DNA of 64,000 nt from Macrostomum lignano (taxonomy: Eukaryota): contig NIVC01000550.1 of the NCBI GenBank assembly GCA_002269645.1, forward strand, positions 124,001 through 188,000, written 5' to 3'. The notes under the pieces are model-generated. The model did not search any database and was not told the DNA's origin. It saw only the letters and a list, made by a program, of their open reading frames with translations. This document shows, one piece after another, positions 50,083-63,098 of this stretch. Every line of letters starts with the position of its first letter. The stretch's first letter is position 1. The translations under genes were made by a program, and so were the position numbers.

Positions 50083-53000
50083 ATGGAAAGCAAAGCGGAA
50101 AAAACGCAAGCAATTATTGATGCTATAAGTAAGTCGAATCCTAACAATAAAGTAATGCCAATGGTAGGCCTAATGCAGCACTTTAGTTTATGATAATAGT
50201 TGGCCTAGCCTAGTAATATACAATATCAAAGATTGAAAGACTGGGTTTAGGTAGATAATAACATTGTTAAGTTTAATATTTTATTTTAAGTATTATGACT
50301 GTCTAAGTCTATTCCACATTGACGTTACTTATTCAATTGCAATTTAAATTTCAATTAAAAAAAATTGTTAGGTAGTTATATATTTAAAGTATGTTTTTAA
50401 CTTTTATAATTAGTCCTACATTGTAGAATAGTATTATCACTAATAGGTCAAATGAGTCAACTTCAAGAAAGCATATATTCTTCAAATTAAAACATGCATT
50501 TGATTTGCCAATCTTTTTTGACTCTTATCTAGTCTTAGTTGCAACAACATTTATTGAAGGTAAAATAAGTAGTAGTGCAACTAGAGCCATAGTCCAAATC
50601 ATGCTGGATGTATGCCTGAAAAAAATTGAGTAATTACAAATGCATATCAAAAAATAATTAAATGCATGCCTAATCTCAAAACTAGGCCTATTGTAGTTGC
50701 AAAAGGTTATTTTAAAATGAACTTTTTAAATTTGTATATTAGACCTTTTTTATAGATAATTTGGTTGATTTTTAATGCTTTTTTGGCAATATTATTTATT
50801 GTAGAAAATTGATACACAAAGATTTGTTTAAACATTATTACAAGCTTTAAAAACCTAGAAAGCTTGAAATTTAGGCTTAAAAATGAACTTTTTCATTTTT
50901 TTTCTACTTTACAATAACTCTTCTGTATGATTCTATAAAGTGTACACTAGGAGTATATACACACTATTTTCTCAAGAGTGATACATACCAACTGCACACC
51001 AACTTTTGGCATACAAGGCTAATATATGCCTAAGTTTTTTGGGCATAAACTAAATAATCTAGAATGTGGAACTAAAGGGGTGCAGGTCATTTTGATAACA
51101 AGTTGCTTCTATAATAAACATATTTTACCTTTCACAGGGCAGGGGTGTTTCTTCTTACTCTATATATTTCAATCCCAATGTTAAGCCACCAAGTTATAAC
51201 AAGCATTTTGGCTCTCTCTTTATAAATCCCACTACTGCAACTAAGTTGTTGCAGGTCTATTTCTGTCCTCTAACTATGCCACTAAAGTTGTCTCTATTAA
51301 ATTCTTACTGCTGACAATAAGGTTATGCTTGGTTTATATTAGTTTCCTAACTGTTTCTTAGAATCCCATTTAAGATGCTTCTGGTAGCATTTAATGTATT
51401 AGTCTGGTAGCGTCTAGTGCATGGGTCCCCAACCTTCTACGGGTGGCGGGCCGCATGCTAATACACAAACATAATGGCCCACCTCCTTTGCCTTGAACCA
51501 TATTGATATTAGCCAGCATTCCTTCCTGCTTTTCATTTCAACTCTTGACTGTGTGTACAATTGTGCACTAGAAGTGGCTAAAATAGCAATCCAAATGAAT
51601 TGAAGTGTCGCTTCTAGCAGTGGGGAGGGTAAGAGATTTCTGGGAATATTTTCAATACAGCTAGGAAAATTTTATCATTTTCGGGGGCCGCAGTGAAATC
51701 CAGTGATAGACTTGGCGGGCCTCATATAATGCAAACTACTGCAAGGTGCCGTGGGCCACAAAAAAGGGCTCACAGGCCACATGCGGCCCGCGGGTCGTAG
51801 GTTGAGGACCCCTGGTCTAGTGTATTAATCTGGTAGTATCTAGTGTATTAGTCTGGTAGCATCTAATGTATGGCCTGAGCAGTCTATTGGTACTTGTACC
51901 ATTCTTCCAGTCTCTAGGATGTCACTTGGATCAGAGGGTCATAGCTCTTCTTTTTTAGTATGTATATTTCCCCTCTGTATATTTCCCCAATCCCTTCTCT
52001 TAGTAAGTCTCTGAGCACTTCAACTCTTTAGTTTTACAAATAACTAACTCGGTAAGCATTCAAAGTTTTATACAAGAACAACTCTGAGAATATTATTGAG
52101 TTTAGCAAACACACAAGCTAAAAGCAAGTTGGTTTATTTGGGAGCAAATTTGCTTGTATATATAGGGTCTAGGAGGCTACATTTATAACAAATTATATTT
52201 ATCATCAATATTTCATGTAGTAAAACAAAAGGCTAAATTATTTTCTAGTTTGCATGCAGATTCAACATGGCTAATAACCAAATATTTTACTTGTATAAAT
52301 CACAATAATAACTACACTACTATTATATAGATATTTATTAGGCACATAAAATATAAAAAGAAAAGCCTACAAGAGTATAGGCTAGCACATACCTTTGAAG
52401 AAAAATAAAAGATTCAATGAGTTGGTCATTATCGTGATGAAAGATGCTTCCTTATAGTTATATCAGTCTATTGTTATTTTGCTAAGATTTATTTTGTATA
52501 TTTCAAAAAAATCCCAAAAGAATTATATTAGTACATTTCATATAAAAATTCTAATTATCAAATTGTTTTGTTTTTGCAGATCATTTTTTATTTGTCTTAA
52601 AATATTTAGATGTATAAACATAAAAAATCCTTCTCATAAATGCCCACCAAGAAAAGCACAGAAATTTTTTACTTAATTTAAAAAGCAAACAACTACAAAA
52701 GATTGCAACTTAGTTCAATCCACAACATTTTTATAGAGCATGTCATGCCACTACCAGGAGCCAATCTACATTGGACACTGTCTGCAATAATAGCCATCAG
52801 TTGCAATAGGGTATATCACTTAAGATTGGCAAGATAATTTCTGCTTGAAACTATTAACAAAAGTCTTTCTTGTTACCAAAATGATCTGCTTGTCAGTAAA
52901 GCAACTATAATCTTACCAAAGAGGAAGGTGAAGGGCAATAGCCCCCTTCCTTTAGATGTGGTAAAGTCTAGGCTTACTAAATAAATTGTTTTATATAATA

Positions 53001-56000
53001 TGAGTAAAAACACTATGCTTAGCTTTGACAATTTTCTAATTTTTTATCTTAAAAGATTTTAAAATAAGAATTCAAAATTGTGTTATTTAGCTTAACTTTA
53101 ATGAAGATTTTAGTTGGACCTATCTGATAATATTAGTAGCTAGTGTTTAAAGACTTTTTATATAAAGCATAATACTATAGTATTCTAGTATAAAAAATAG
53201 AAAAGTAGGATAAATGCAAGATAGCATATTTGTGGCCAAGCAAGTGAATGATATGAAATGAATGCACTTAATAGGTTAGAATATTTGTATTAGGTTTATA
53301 CCAATGTTTTTATTAAGTGGCATTCATATATTAGGGTCATACATTAGGTCATATCAAAATTTGAGAAAAAAGTAAAATATTAAGGTGTTTAGGTTACCTG
53401 ACATAAACAAAACGTTTTGTCCACGTAAAAAACTGCTTTACTCTACTTAAAGTAGTTTTGCTAGGCAAAATCTAACTCGAATTTTTTCCTATCCTGCACT
53501 ACTACGCACTGTAGCTCAACGAGCGCCTGGGAAGCGTCAAATCAAGCTAGTTAGCGCTGTCGACTTTCAATTGTTCGAAGATTTAGAAGACGATTCGGAC
53601 AACGAGTTTAAAGCTAAAGTGAATGGTCGGAGCAGCGACATTGATGATGAAGACAGCGACGAAGAAGCTGAAGATGACAACGATAATAATAATCCAGATG
53701 CTAGTAAAGATGCCGCCAGTAATGCGTCTTCGTCATTAAACAGTGAGAAATCCAAGCTGGGCGAAGAAAAAGAGGACAACGATTCAGATAATGAGTCTGA
53801 CACGACAGAGGAGACGGACGATTCTGAGGACGGCGACATTGATTCCTCATCTACTGGCTCTGCAAAAGATCAGGAGGGCAATAGCAAAACTACTAGTAGT
53901 AAAGGTGGAGATTTGCGCGCATTAATAGACGGCGTTGTTGCTTCGTCAAGCCGAGGCGGCGACGATGCCAATGACGACAACGACCGCACCAGCAGCTCAG
54001 ATGAAGATTGGCTAGAAGGCCGAAAAAAACGGCAGCAGCAGAAGAAGCAACAGAAGGGCCAGGCGTCTGGTAGGAAAAACAGCAAGGCTCAGCAGCATGA
54101 TTCTGACGCGTCTGAGGATGCAATGTTCAGCGAGATTAAGCCGCGCAAAAAGTCCAGTAGAAGAACGGCTAAGACTGCAAAGACAGTCGATGCAACTCAA
54201 AAACATGACAATGCAACTGATACTAAAGAGTCGGCCGCGGCATTGGCGGCCGCTACTGCCGCCGCTATTAAAAAAGTGGAACGGTTAACCTGCATGGTAT
54301 GCCTGTCTAATAGATCGGACCCCGAGAATGAACTGGTCGAATGCGACTCTTGTCACGTGACTGTGCACGAGGCCTGCTACGGTTTAGCCGATTCGCAGAG
54401 CCTCTGCAGTACTGGCAGCTCCGCCAGCACAGAGCCTTGGTTTTGCGACGCTTGCGCCGCTGGAATAGCTTCGCCCAGTTGTCAGCTCTGCCCCGTTGCT
54501 GGCGGCGTATTCAAACCAACCGAGGACGGTCGCTGGGTACATCTGGTATGCGCCCTCTACACGCCAGACGTTGCATTTAACGATGTAGACTCGCTGACAG
54601 ACGTTACTTTGACTGAATTAAAGCCTCGATTCTGGGGCGCCAAAGAGTGCGTCTACTGCTCCGATAGGGTGTACGCCTATACTGGCGTTTGTATCGGTTG
54701 CGATGCCGGCATGTGTCGCTGCTGTTTTCATGTCACTTGCGCCCAACGCGAAGGCTTGCTAAGCGAGCCGGCAGCTGCGGCCGCCGCCGCCGAAGACGCA
54801 GACGAAATAGCCGATCCATTCTATGCTCAGTGCCGCCAGCATACTGATCCGTTTGTTGCTAAGCAGAGGCGGAAAGCTTATAGTACAGCGTTTAGCAGGC
54901 AGAGAGCCGCTGTGAAGAATGCGACAGAATTGAAGTCATTGTCAAGCTCTGTTGGCGATAGAATTGCTAGAAAATTGGCCAAACGTCGATCCATTTGCGC
55001 AGCTAAATTGGCGGTTAAACGGCCGTACTTTATACCGCAACAAAAGCAGCCGCTCTTTCTAGAATTCTCTCCGCACGCGGTCAGATTGTTTGCTAAAAAG
55101 GTCGAGATTCTAGGCGTTGGCGCTGGGCCGGTTGGTGAGCAAGGCGGCTCACTTCAAGTTACCGGCCAGGAGCGCACAGCTGCTCAGACCGGTTTGCCAG
55201 TGTTCTGTCCGGAGTTTGTGCAGCACTTTTTTGATCGAGAGACTCGGATTGTGTCCATGAATAAGCAGTTGGCTGACCTGAATGCTCAGGTAACTCAAAC
55301 TGACACCTGATCTGCTAGTTTACCTGAGGTTTCACTGATACAGTAAATGTAGTGTAACTGAAGTTGCACTGACACCTGATACAGTAAATGTAGTTTACCT
55401 AAAGTTGCACTGACGCCTGATACAGTAAATGTAGTTTACCTGAAGTTGCACTGACACCTGATACAGTAAATGTAGTTTACCTAAAGTTGCACTGACGCCT
55501 GATACAGTAAATGTAGTTTACCTAAAGTTGCACTGACACCTGATATAGTAAATGTAGTGTAACTGAAGTTGCACTGACACTTGAGACAGTAAATGTAGTG
55601 TAACTGAAGTTGCACTGACACCTGATACAGTAAATGTAGTTTACCTAAAGTTGCACTGACGCCTGATACAGTAAATGTAGTTTACCTAAAGTTGCACTGA
55701 CACCTGATACAGTAAATGTAGTGTAACTGAAGTTGCACTGACACCTGATACAGTAAATGTAGTTTACCTAAAGTTGCACTGACGCCTGATACAGTAAGTG
55801 TAGTTTACCTGAAGTTGCACTGACACCTGATACAGTAAATGTAGTTTACCTAAAGTTGCACTGACACCTGATACAGTAAATGTAGTTTACCTAAAGTTGC
55901 ACTGACACTTGATACAGTAAATGTAGTGTAACTGAAGTTGCACTGACACCTGATACAGTAAATGTAGTTTACCTAAAGTTGCACTGACGCCTGATACAGT

Positions 56001-59000
56001 AAATGTAGTTTACCTAAAGTTGCACTGACGCCTGATACAGTAAATGTAGTTTACCTGAAGTTGCACTGACACCTGATACAGTAAATGTAGTTTACCTGAA
56101 GTTGCACTGACACCTGATAGAGTAAATTTAGTTTACCTGAAGTTGCACTGACACCTGATAGAGTAAATTTAGTTTACCTGAAGTTGCACTGACACCTGAT
56201 ACAGTAAATGTAGTTTACCTGAGGTTGCACTGACACCTGATACAGTAAATGTAGTTTACCTGAAGTTGCACTGACACCTGATATAGTAAATGTAGTTTAC
56301 CCTGAAGTTGCACTGACACCTGATAGAGTAAATTTAGTTTACCTGAAGTTGCACTGACACCTTATACAGTAAATTTAGTTTACCTGAAGTTGCACTGACA
56401 CCTTATACAGTAAATTTAGTTTACCTGAAGTTGCACTGACACCTGATACAGTAACTTTAGTTTACCTGAAGTTGCACTGAGGTTTCACGTTGCTACAGTA
56501 AATGTAGTTTACCTGAAGTTGCACTGACACCTTATACAGTAAATGTAGTTTACATAAACTTGCACTGACACCTGATACAGTGTGTAGTTTACCTGGTATT
56601 TTAATAAATCTAGTCACCTGAAATTTGATTGACAACCGATAAGTTTAGCTCTAATCAAATCGTTGACTCTCTCACCTGCAGGAGGCGGAGCTCATCGAGC
56701 GCCAATCAGCTGAGACGCTGCGCTATTCCAACGCCGAGACGGCTTATCAAACCTGTCAAAATCGTTTAAAAACTTGTCGTTCCGAATTCGCGGCTGTTTG
56801 GGACGCTTTGTTAGGTTGCTTAGCAACCGGCTCGGCTTCGGTTGCTATGCCGCTAAGATTGAGCAACGCGTTAGAAGGCGTGTCGGCGTCAGCTGGCGAC
56901 GCTGGCACTAACGTCGATCATCCGATTGGCGAGGGCGATGAAGATTCGTCGACGATAACAGCGGCTGCGAATGCCGGAGGGGCGCCAGTTAAAGTTGGCG
57001 ATTTGGCTGCCAAAGCGGCGGCTTTGAGGCGCCTGAACGAGTGCACAGTTTGCAAAGCTAAAAAGGATCAGCACTTGATGGTGGGTTGGTTGCTGCGAAA
57101 ACGGGATGGGGAATTTTGCGAGTGATTTTGGATTACAGTAATGATTGACATCTGGACTACTAAATTTGCGCACTACTTTTGTTGTTAAACTGTGGCCAGT
57201 AGTATCAACCAAGAGCAGTTACGAATTCTAACACATCCATCGAGTCTCTATGCTCAAATGGGTCAATCAAAGATGAGTCGTTTTCTATAGAAAGTCACAA
57301 GACTTGAGTCGGTTTCTATAGAAAGTCACAAGACTTGAGTCGGTTTCTATAGAAATTCACACGACTTGGATCAGTTTCTATAGAAAGTCACAAGACTTGA
57401 GTCAGTTTCTATAGAAAGTCACAAGACTTGAGTCAGTTTCTATAGAAATTCACAAGACTTGAGTCGGTTTCTATAGAAAGTCACACGACTTGGATCAGTT
57501 TCTATAGAAGTCACAAGACTTAAAGTCGGTTTCTATAGAAAGTCACAAGACTTGAGTCGGTTTCTATAGAAATTCACAAGACTTGAGTCGGTTTCTATAG
57601 AAGTCATAAGACTTGAGTCAGTTTCTATAGAAAGTCACAAAACTTGAGTCAGTTTCTATATAAAGTCACACGACTTGAGTCAGTTTCTATAGAAAGTTAC
57701 AAGACTTGAGTCAGTTTCTATAGGAGTCATAAGACTTGGAGTCGGTTTCTATAGAAAGTCACAAAACTTGAGTCAGTTTCTATATAAAGTCACACGACTT
57801 GAGTCAGTTTCTATATAAAGTCACACGACTTGAACCTTAAAACGTCGGGTAAACAAAGTTTTGTTGCGATTCGGCATTCTGTGTAAATTCTGTGCTCAGG
57901 ATTAGAATTGACATCAATATAAGCATCGGGATTAACTTTAGAATCCATATGTAGATATATATATATATTAGTATAGAGTACTCACATAAACTAATTCCCT
58001 CAGGTGCGATGCGACGCCTGTCAGCTTTATTATCACATCGGCTGCTTGGATCCGCCTCTGACCCGAGTGCCGAAGAAAACTAAACTCTACGGCTGGGAGT
58101 GCAGCGTGTGCGTTAAAGACAACACTTCGGATGAAGCGGCAGAGGAGGCTGAAGCTGGTCTTGCCGAGCAGCAACCGGACGAAGCGTTGCCAACTCGACG
58201 ACTGAGACAAAAACCCGCGAAACTTATCGCCGAAGAGTCGGCAGGTTCGACCAGCGCTGCTGTCAGAGCAGGCGGACGGACTAATAATAATCGAAAGAAG
58301 TCGCAGCAGCAAAAGCAGCAAGAGAAACAGCGGAAGATAGAACCTCAAGCGGAGCAATTGACAGTTAAATTTGAATCTTCCGCAGCAGATTCGCAGCAAC
58401 AGCCAGAGCTGCAAACTGTTGCATCAGCGGCGAGTTCAATTTTTTGTTCGAATGCTAATGCAACTGCTATCACTGCTGTGGCAACGCTCGCAACAAAGAC
58501 TGAACCAGTCGCGGTTGTAACAAAGACTATAACAACTGCTGCTAGTAATAAGAAACGAGGCGAAAACGATTCTACAGCCTCAGTCTCAGCCGAGGAGGGC
58601 ATCAATTCCGTTGAAGTATTCGACGAAGGCCCCTTAGAAATTGAATATTTAAAATCCGATACAACAGTCAGCTCAGATGACGAAGCCGACGAGTGCACCG
58701 ACGATGAGGCTGGCGACGTTGGTGTCGAGGTTATAGACGAGTTCAGATTGGAGCCTGAGCAGCAGGACCGGGTTGAAGAGCTGGCGAAGGAGGCTCCGTC
58801 GCCTTCCCCGCAGCCTCGCAAGGTATTGTTTAAAAGCGGCAACACAGTGCCCTGTTACCTCATGCACACTCTGACGCCCGAGGAGCGGCGTAGAGTTGAA
58901 GCCGAGTCCGCCGCCTTGAGAGCCGCCCGAGCTGCTGAATTGCAACAACAACAGCAGATAGAACCGCCTTCTCCTTCAGCTTTGAATCCTTCGTCTGCAC

Positions 59001-61170
59001 AGCCAACTAAAATTATTTTTGAACAGAAGACTAACGCAGTTCAGCTGTCGAAACAACAGCAACAGCAGCCTCCATCTCAGTCTTCTGGCACCGTAACTTC
59101 TTCGCCTTCAGTAGTCATTGTCAGACTGCCGCAGTCTAATAATACCAAAACATCGACGTCTTCAGCCACTACAAAAGTGCAGTTGCCTGCTCGGATATCG
59201 CAGTTTAAATTCACCAGTTCTTCGGGCAACAGTACCACCGCTGTGCGCTCCGTGACAACCACCAGCTGCTCAGTTAGAGCACCAAAAATTGCTTCAGTTT
59301 CCGTTGTCTCGCTATCGTCGACTGCTGCTCGAGTCACGACAACTGATTCAACAGCCAAATCAGCTACTGTTAGTAGTGTTGAAGAACAACCAGAGACGAA
59401 ACGGAGTCGAATAGAAGAAGTACCCGATTCTGGACCAAACTCCGAGGTGATTTCTGTTCCTGATGAGGCGTTAGGATCTGTTGCTAAGGCTGTTGTAGCG
59501 TCAGGTTCTAAGGAACCTGTCCCATCCGTTGCTAAGGGCGCTGTAGCGTCGGTTTCTAAGGAACATGTAACATCCGTTGCTAAGGGCGCTGTAGCGTCGG
59601 TTTCTAAGGAGCATGTAACATCCGTTGCTAAGGGCGCTGTAGCGTCGGTTTCTCAGGAACATGTAACATCCGTTGCTAAGGGTGCTGTAGCGCCGGTTAC
59701 TAAGGAACCTGTAACATCCGTTGCTCAGGACGCTTTAGCATCAGTTTCCAAAGAAACTGTAATATCCGTTACTAAGGACGCTTTGAAATCAGTTTCTAAG
59801 GACACTGCAGCACCAGTTTCTAAGGTAGCCGCTACATCGGCTGTTAACGATGCCGCTGTAAAAACCGTTACTAAAGTAACTGTTTCATCCGTTTCTAAAC
59901 ACGCTAAAGAGTCTGGGTCGAAGACTAAGGTCTCTTGGGCAGCTGTTTCTCAAAAATCATCGCCATCATTAGCTACCGTCTCGAAGGACGCCGATGAGGA
60001 GCGCCGCCGACGTAAACGCGAGAAGCGGCAACGTTTAGAAGAGAAAGAAGCCGCGACGGAGGCGGCGGAGAGAGCTGAACGAGAGCGTAGACGATTGCGC
60101 AAACTTGAGAAGCTTAAAAAGCGCCAAGCCGAGATGATGACTTCTCAAGAGTCTAAGCCGCCACCGACACAACAACAGCAGCAGCAGCAACCTCATGCTA
60201 GGTACTTTGATAAAAATCCTTCATGTTCCAGTTGTCTATGGTCAAAGTAAATTAATGGTATACGGTTGTTTTTAGTATGATTTATGCATGTATTCAATTT
60301 CAATACATTTTCATTTGCAGGCATCAGCATAACCCGAACCCGCAATCGCGCAGTCACCAGCACCCTCCAACGGCGTCAGATCAACGCAAACGTCATCGAA
60401 GCCGCAGTCCCACGTCTGTTGAACATCAGCAGCATCTACCATCGCCCTCCAGCAAGAAGTCTCGGCCTTCCATGCCGCCGCCGCTGCCGCCGCGCGACCT
60501 TGCCCAGCGCCAGCAGTGGCAAGAGATGAAGGCTCGGATCGAACAGGAGCGCGCTAAATCCAGACAGCAACAGCAGCAAGGTTCTACTAATAGCAACAAT
60601 TCAGCAATGACAACGTTGGGACCAGCAAAACATAGCCAAGTGACCGTTGCCAAGCAGGTTGCCAGGCGAACGCCTGTACAGCCAACGGCGTCGGGCGGTC
60701 CTCGGGAGGACGACATTCTCCAATTCATGCTGCATCGTCCGAAGAAGCTGCCGCAGCAGCTGGCTTCTCGATCTGGCGGTGCCTCGCTGCCTGTCGCCGC
60801 GTCTCCTCAGAAACCGCGCGGATTCTCGCAGCTTGTCAGCGGCCGAGCGGCGGCAGCGGCAGCGGCGGCATCTTCGAATTCGAGTTCGGGCGCCTCTAAG
60901 GCCGCGAAAGCTTCGGCGCCGTCGTACTTGCCGCCGCCAGTGAAAGTTGCCACGGCATCCGTGATGCACAGGACCCAGCAGCAGCAGCAGCAGCTTCTTA
61001 ATAAAACAACTGCCGCTGCCGAGGCGGCCTCGAGCTCGTCTTCTTCGTCAACATCTTCGTCGGCTTCCTCTGATGAAGATGAAAGCGGCAAGGTGGTGAC
61101 CGCCGCGAAGGAGCAGCTGCAGGATCGCAAGTACAACCACTTGGTGAAGGATATCTTCGGAGACGACTGA
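50083..61170 (+). CDS. PHF14: PHD finger protein 14 homologue (PZP module plus third PHD), 5 exons, ~1755 aa
   Basis: join(50083..50128,53515..55289,56682..57080,58004..60201,60321..61170); phases 1,0,0,2 consistent; total 5268 nt. N-terminal KRQIK plus acidic tract; PHD-Zn knuckle-PHD (CMVCL...ECDSCHVTVHEACYG...CQLCP..GGVFK...WVHLVCALY...FHVTCAQREGLL); PHD3 CTVCKAKKDQHLM|VRCDACQLYYHIGCLDPPLTRVPKK, as in PHF14. Exon 1 is the least certain. Confidence 0.88.
51420..51814. mobile_element. hAT-Charlie-type MITE, 395 bp, PHF14 intron 1
   Basis: TIRs CATGGGTCCCCAACCT / AGGTTGAGGACCCCTG; perfect 8-bp TSD GTCTAGTG; subterminal GGGCCGCATG / CATGCGGCCC. Confidence 0.9.
55296..56595. repeat. 41-bp minisatellite filling PHF14 intron 2, ~31 copies
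   Basis: Unit CTGATACAGTAAATGTAGTTTACCTAAAGTTGCACTGACAC; begins within ~10 bp of the donor. Confidence 0.96.
57280..57835. repeat. 31-bp minisatellite in PHF14 intron 3, ~18 copies
   Basis: Unit TTTCTATAGAAAGTCACAAGACTTGAGTCGG. Confidence 0.95.
59470..59880 (+). repeat. 51-bp coding minisatellite (17-aa SVAKGAVASVSKEHVTS-type repeat) in PHF14 exon 4
   Basis: About 5 clear copies plus degenerate ones, all in frame. Confidence 0.85.
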
Positions 61171-62023
61171 AAAATTTCATAGATGCGTTGTTCTTTTCCT
61201 TCCTCTTTGCATTGCTTTGTCGTGTTGATTTTGCGTTCTGTTTGACTCTTCTATAATGCGCGAACAAAACTGCATGCTTCAACTCCTGTGTTCATCCAAT
61301 ATTTGTTTATTTCTAATTATAAATTGCACATGTTTTCTAAATTATTTTGTTAATGGTCATCGTTTCTTTGTTTTTGTGCTAAATACCAAACTCCAGGCCC
61401 AGTAGTGAATGTGAAAATGTTGGCGCTTGTTCGCTTGCTTTTGTAATTTGTTTCACTAATATAATTGAAAATCTAATGTTTGCGCAAACAAGAGTTATAG
61501 TGCTTTGTATTTTGTTCTACAAATGTTCTTACTCTATAGAAAAGTGAAGTTCGCACTTCAGACTATATCTTGCCTTCAAATTATTTTACTGTTTAAATAC
61601 AGAATAATCGATCACTGAAGTACTATCTGCAAACAGGGGTCTTGTTGGCTACACAGAATTATTTAGTTATTGGTTGCGGGCCTTGAAATCGGAATGCAAG
61701 GTTGAGCCATCTTAGTTTTCCTGCTCCTGCCGTTACTGTCTGTCAAGCTTGCCATGGACTGTCTGTAAAGTGAGGCATTCTTATTCATGACTGACAGGCC
61801 ATTCAGGAACACGTCTCTTTGGAATTTTTTTCGAAGATATATTTCTCTTGAAAGTGTCAGAATATTTGATAGAGCAGCACTGGAAATATGTCTGCTTGAA
61901 TCCTTAACAGGCTCTGCATTTCGCACTGCATTTTTTCTTTGAATTGCGGATGCAGGATATTCTTGATAAATACAGGTGCTTATATCATGAAAACGGTTGG
62001 CAAAAAAATTCAATAGAATAGCC

Positions 62024-63098
62024 ATGTTTCGACGCTTTAGCCAACAAAGTAACTTCTACCTTGTATGTCTACTGTTACTTAAAACATGTGCCACATCGAT
62101 AACCCACAATCCTAATAAACGTTGGTACATCCTGGAAAGTCCAAAAAGTCCCACTGCGCCAAACAGCTTCCATTCGGAATTAGTCACCGACCAAGACTGG
62201 AGCGCCCAGGTGCTGATCTGCAGCTTAGTTTGCGACTCGAAGCGGAGTTCCTGCTTTGGGTTCTATTGGTTGAGCGGTCGATGCTATCTATTTGATGTCG
62301 GCGCCTATGCGATGCGGCAAGACTGGCGGAACCTGGCTTTGATCAGCGACGTGTATACGAAAGCTTTTGGTAATTTTGGTTATAAAATTGTAATATTGTA
62401 TGGAGGTTAATCACCTTAACGTTCCCTGAGAAATGCATTTAGCGTGATTGTCAGAGGACAAACTTTGGATTTACCAAAATAAGCTTATCATTTTAAAAAC
62501 CTCCGTTAAAGTCAATGGTTCGAAAGAGCTGTTCGTTTATTTGTTGTTGCTCTCTGTACCCTAGTGCTCGAATCTGGAATCGATAGAGTCCTATACTCAA
62601 TTAAAACATTTTAAAGTCATTTAAAGCAGTTTATGAACATTAAATATTGGTCACTGATACACTATACGCATCAATAAACTGAATTCAACAGGTCTGATCA
62701 AGCTGCCTCTATCCAGCTGCAGTCAGAGCTCCACAAGCCATGACGGACATTGCCAGAAAGCTATTGATGGCAGCTATAATAATAATTACTTCGCTGGTAG
62801 ATCCTGCACCCATACGAAGGGGGGATCAGTAGGCCAGTGGTGGGAGGCTCAGCTGCCGTCATCGGAATCTACCTTTGTCACCATCTACAACAGGCAGGAT
62901 TGCTGCCCTGAGCGGCTCAACCAGTTTTCACTGCAGATTGACGGCGTTGAGTGCCACAGGGTGAACCTTACTACGCCATTCTCTGCAGCCAATTTCACCT
63001 GCATTGCATCTGGTAGAGCAGTGCGAATCTACAACTATCATGCTGGGCCGCTCACAATCTGCGAGTTTGAAGCCTACAGAATCGTGCCTTACGGATAG
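62024..63098 (+). CDS. Secreted PAN/apple-like domain plus F-type lectin (fucolectin) domain protein, 2 exons, ~250 aa
   Basis: join(62024..62369,62692..63098), phase 1. Hydrophobic signal (FYLVCLLLLKTCATS); PAN-like CSLVCDSKRSSCFGFYWLSGRCYLF; exon 2 (absent from the ORF track) reads AIDG...SCTHT...QWWEAQL...VTIYNRQDCCPERL...LTICEFEAY with an exact H-x26-R-x-D-x4-R fucose-binding motif. Confidence 0.88.

Noticed and set aside
53571-53573. TTG start for the PHF14 ORF
   Set aside because: The frame is open back to an acceptor at 53514, and a phase-matched ATG exon with a GTAAGT donor exists at 50083-50128.
1-57835. CRISPR-like appearance of the 21-48-bp repeat arrays
   Set aside because: Units are contiguous with no unique spacers, there are no cas genes, and the context is a spliced eukaryotic genome.
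61663-62025. 120-aa minus-strand ORF between PHF14 and the lectin gene
   Set aside because: No recognisable domain and no convincing splice partner within the window; it could be an exon of a gene extending beyond the window but cannot be supported.
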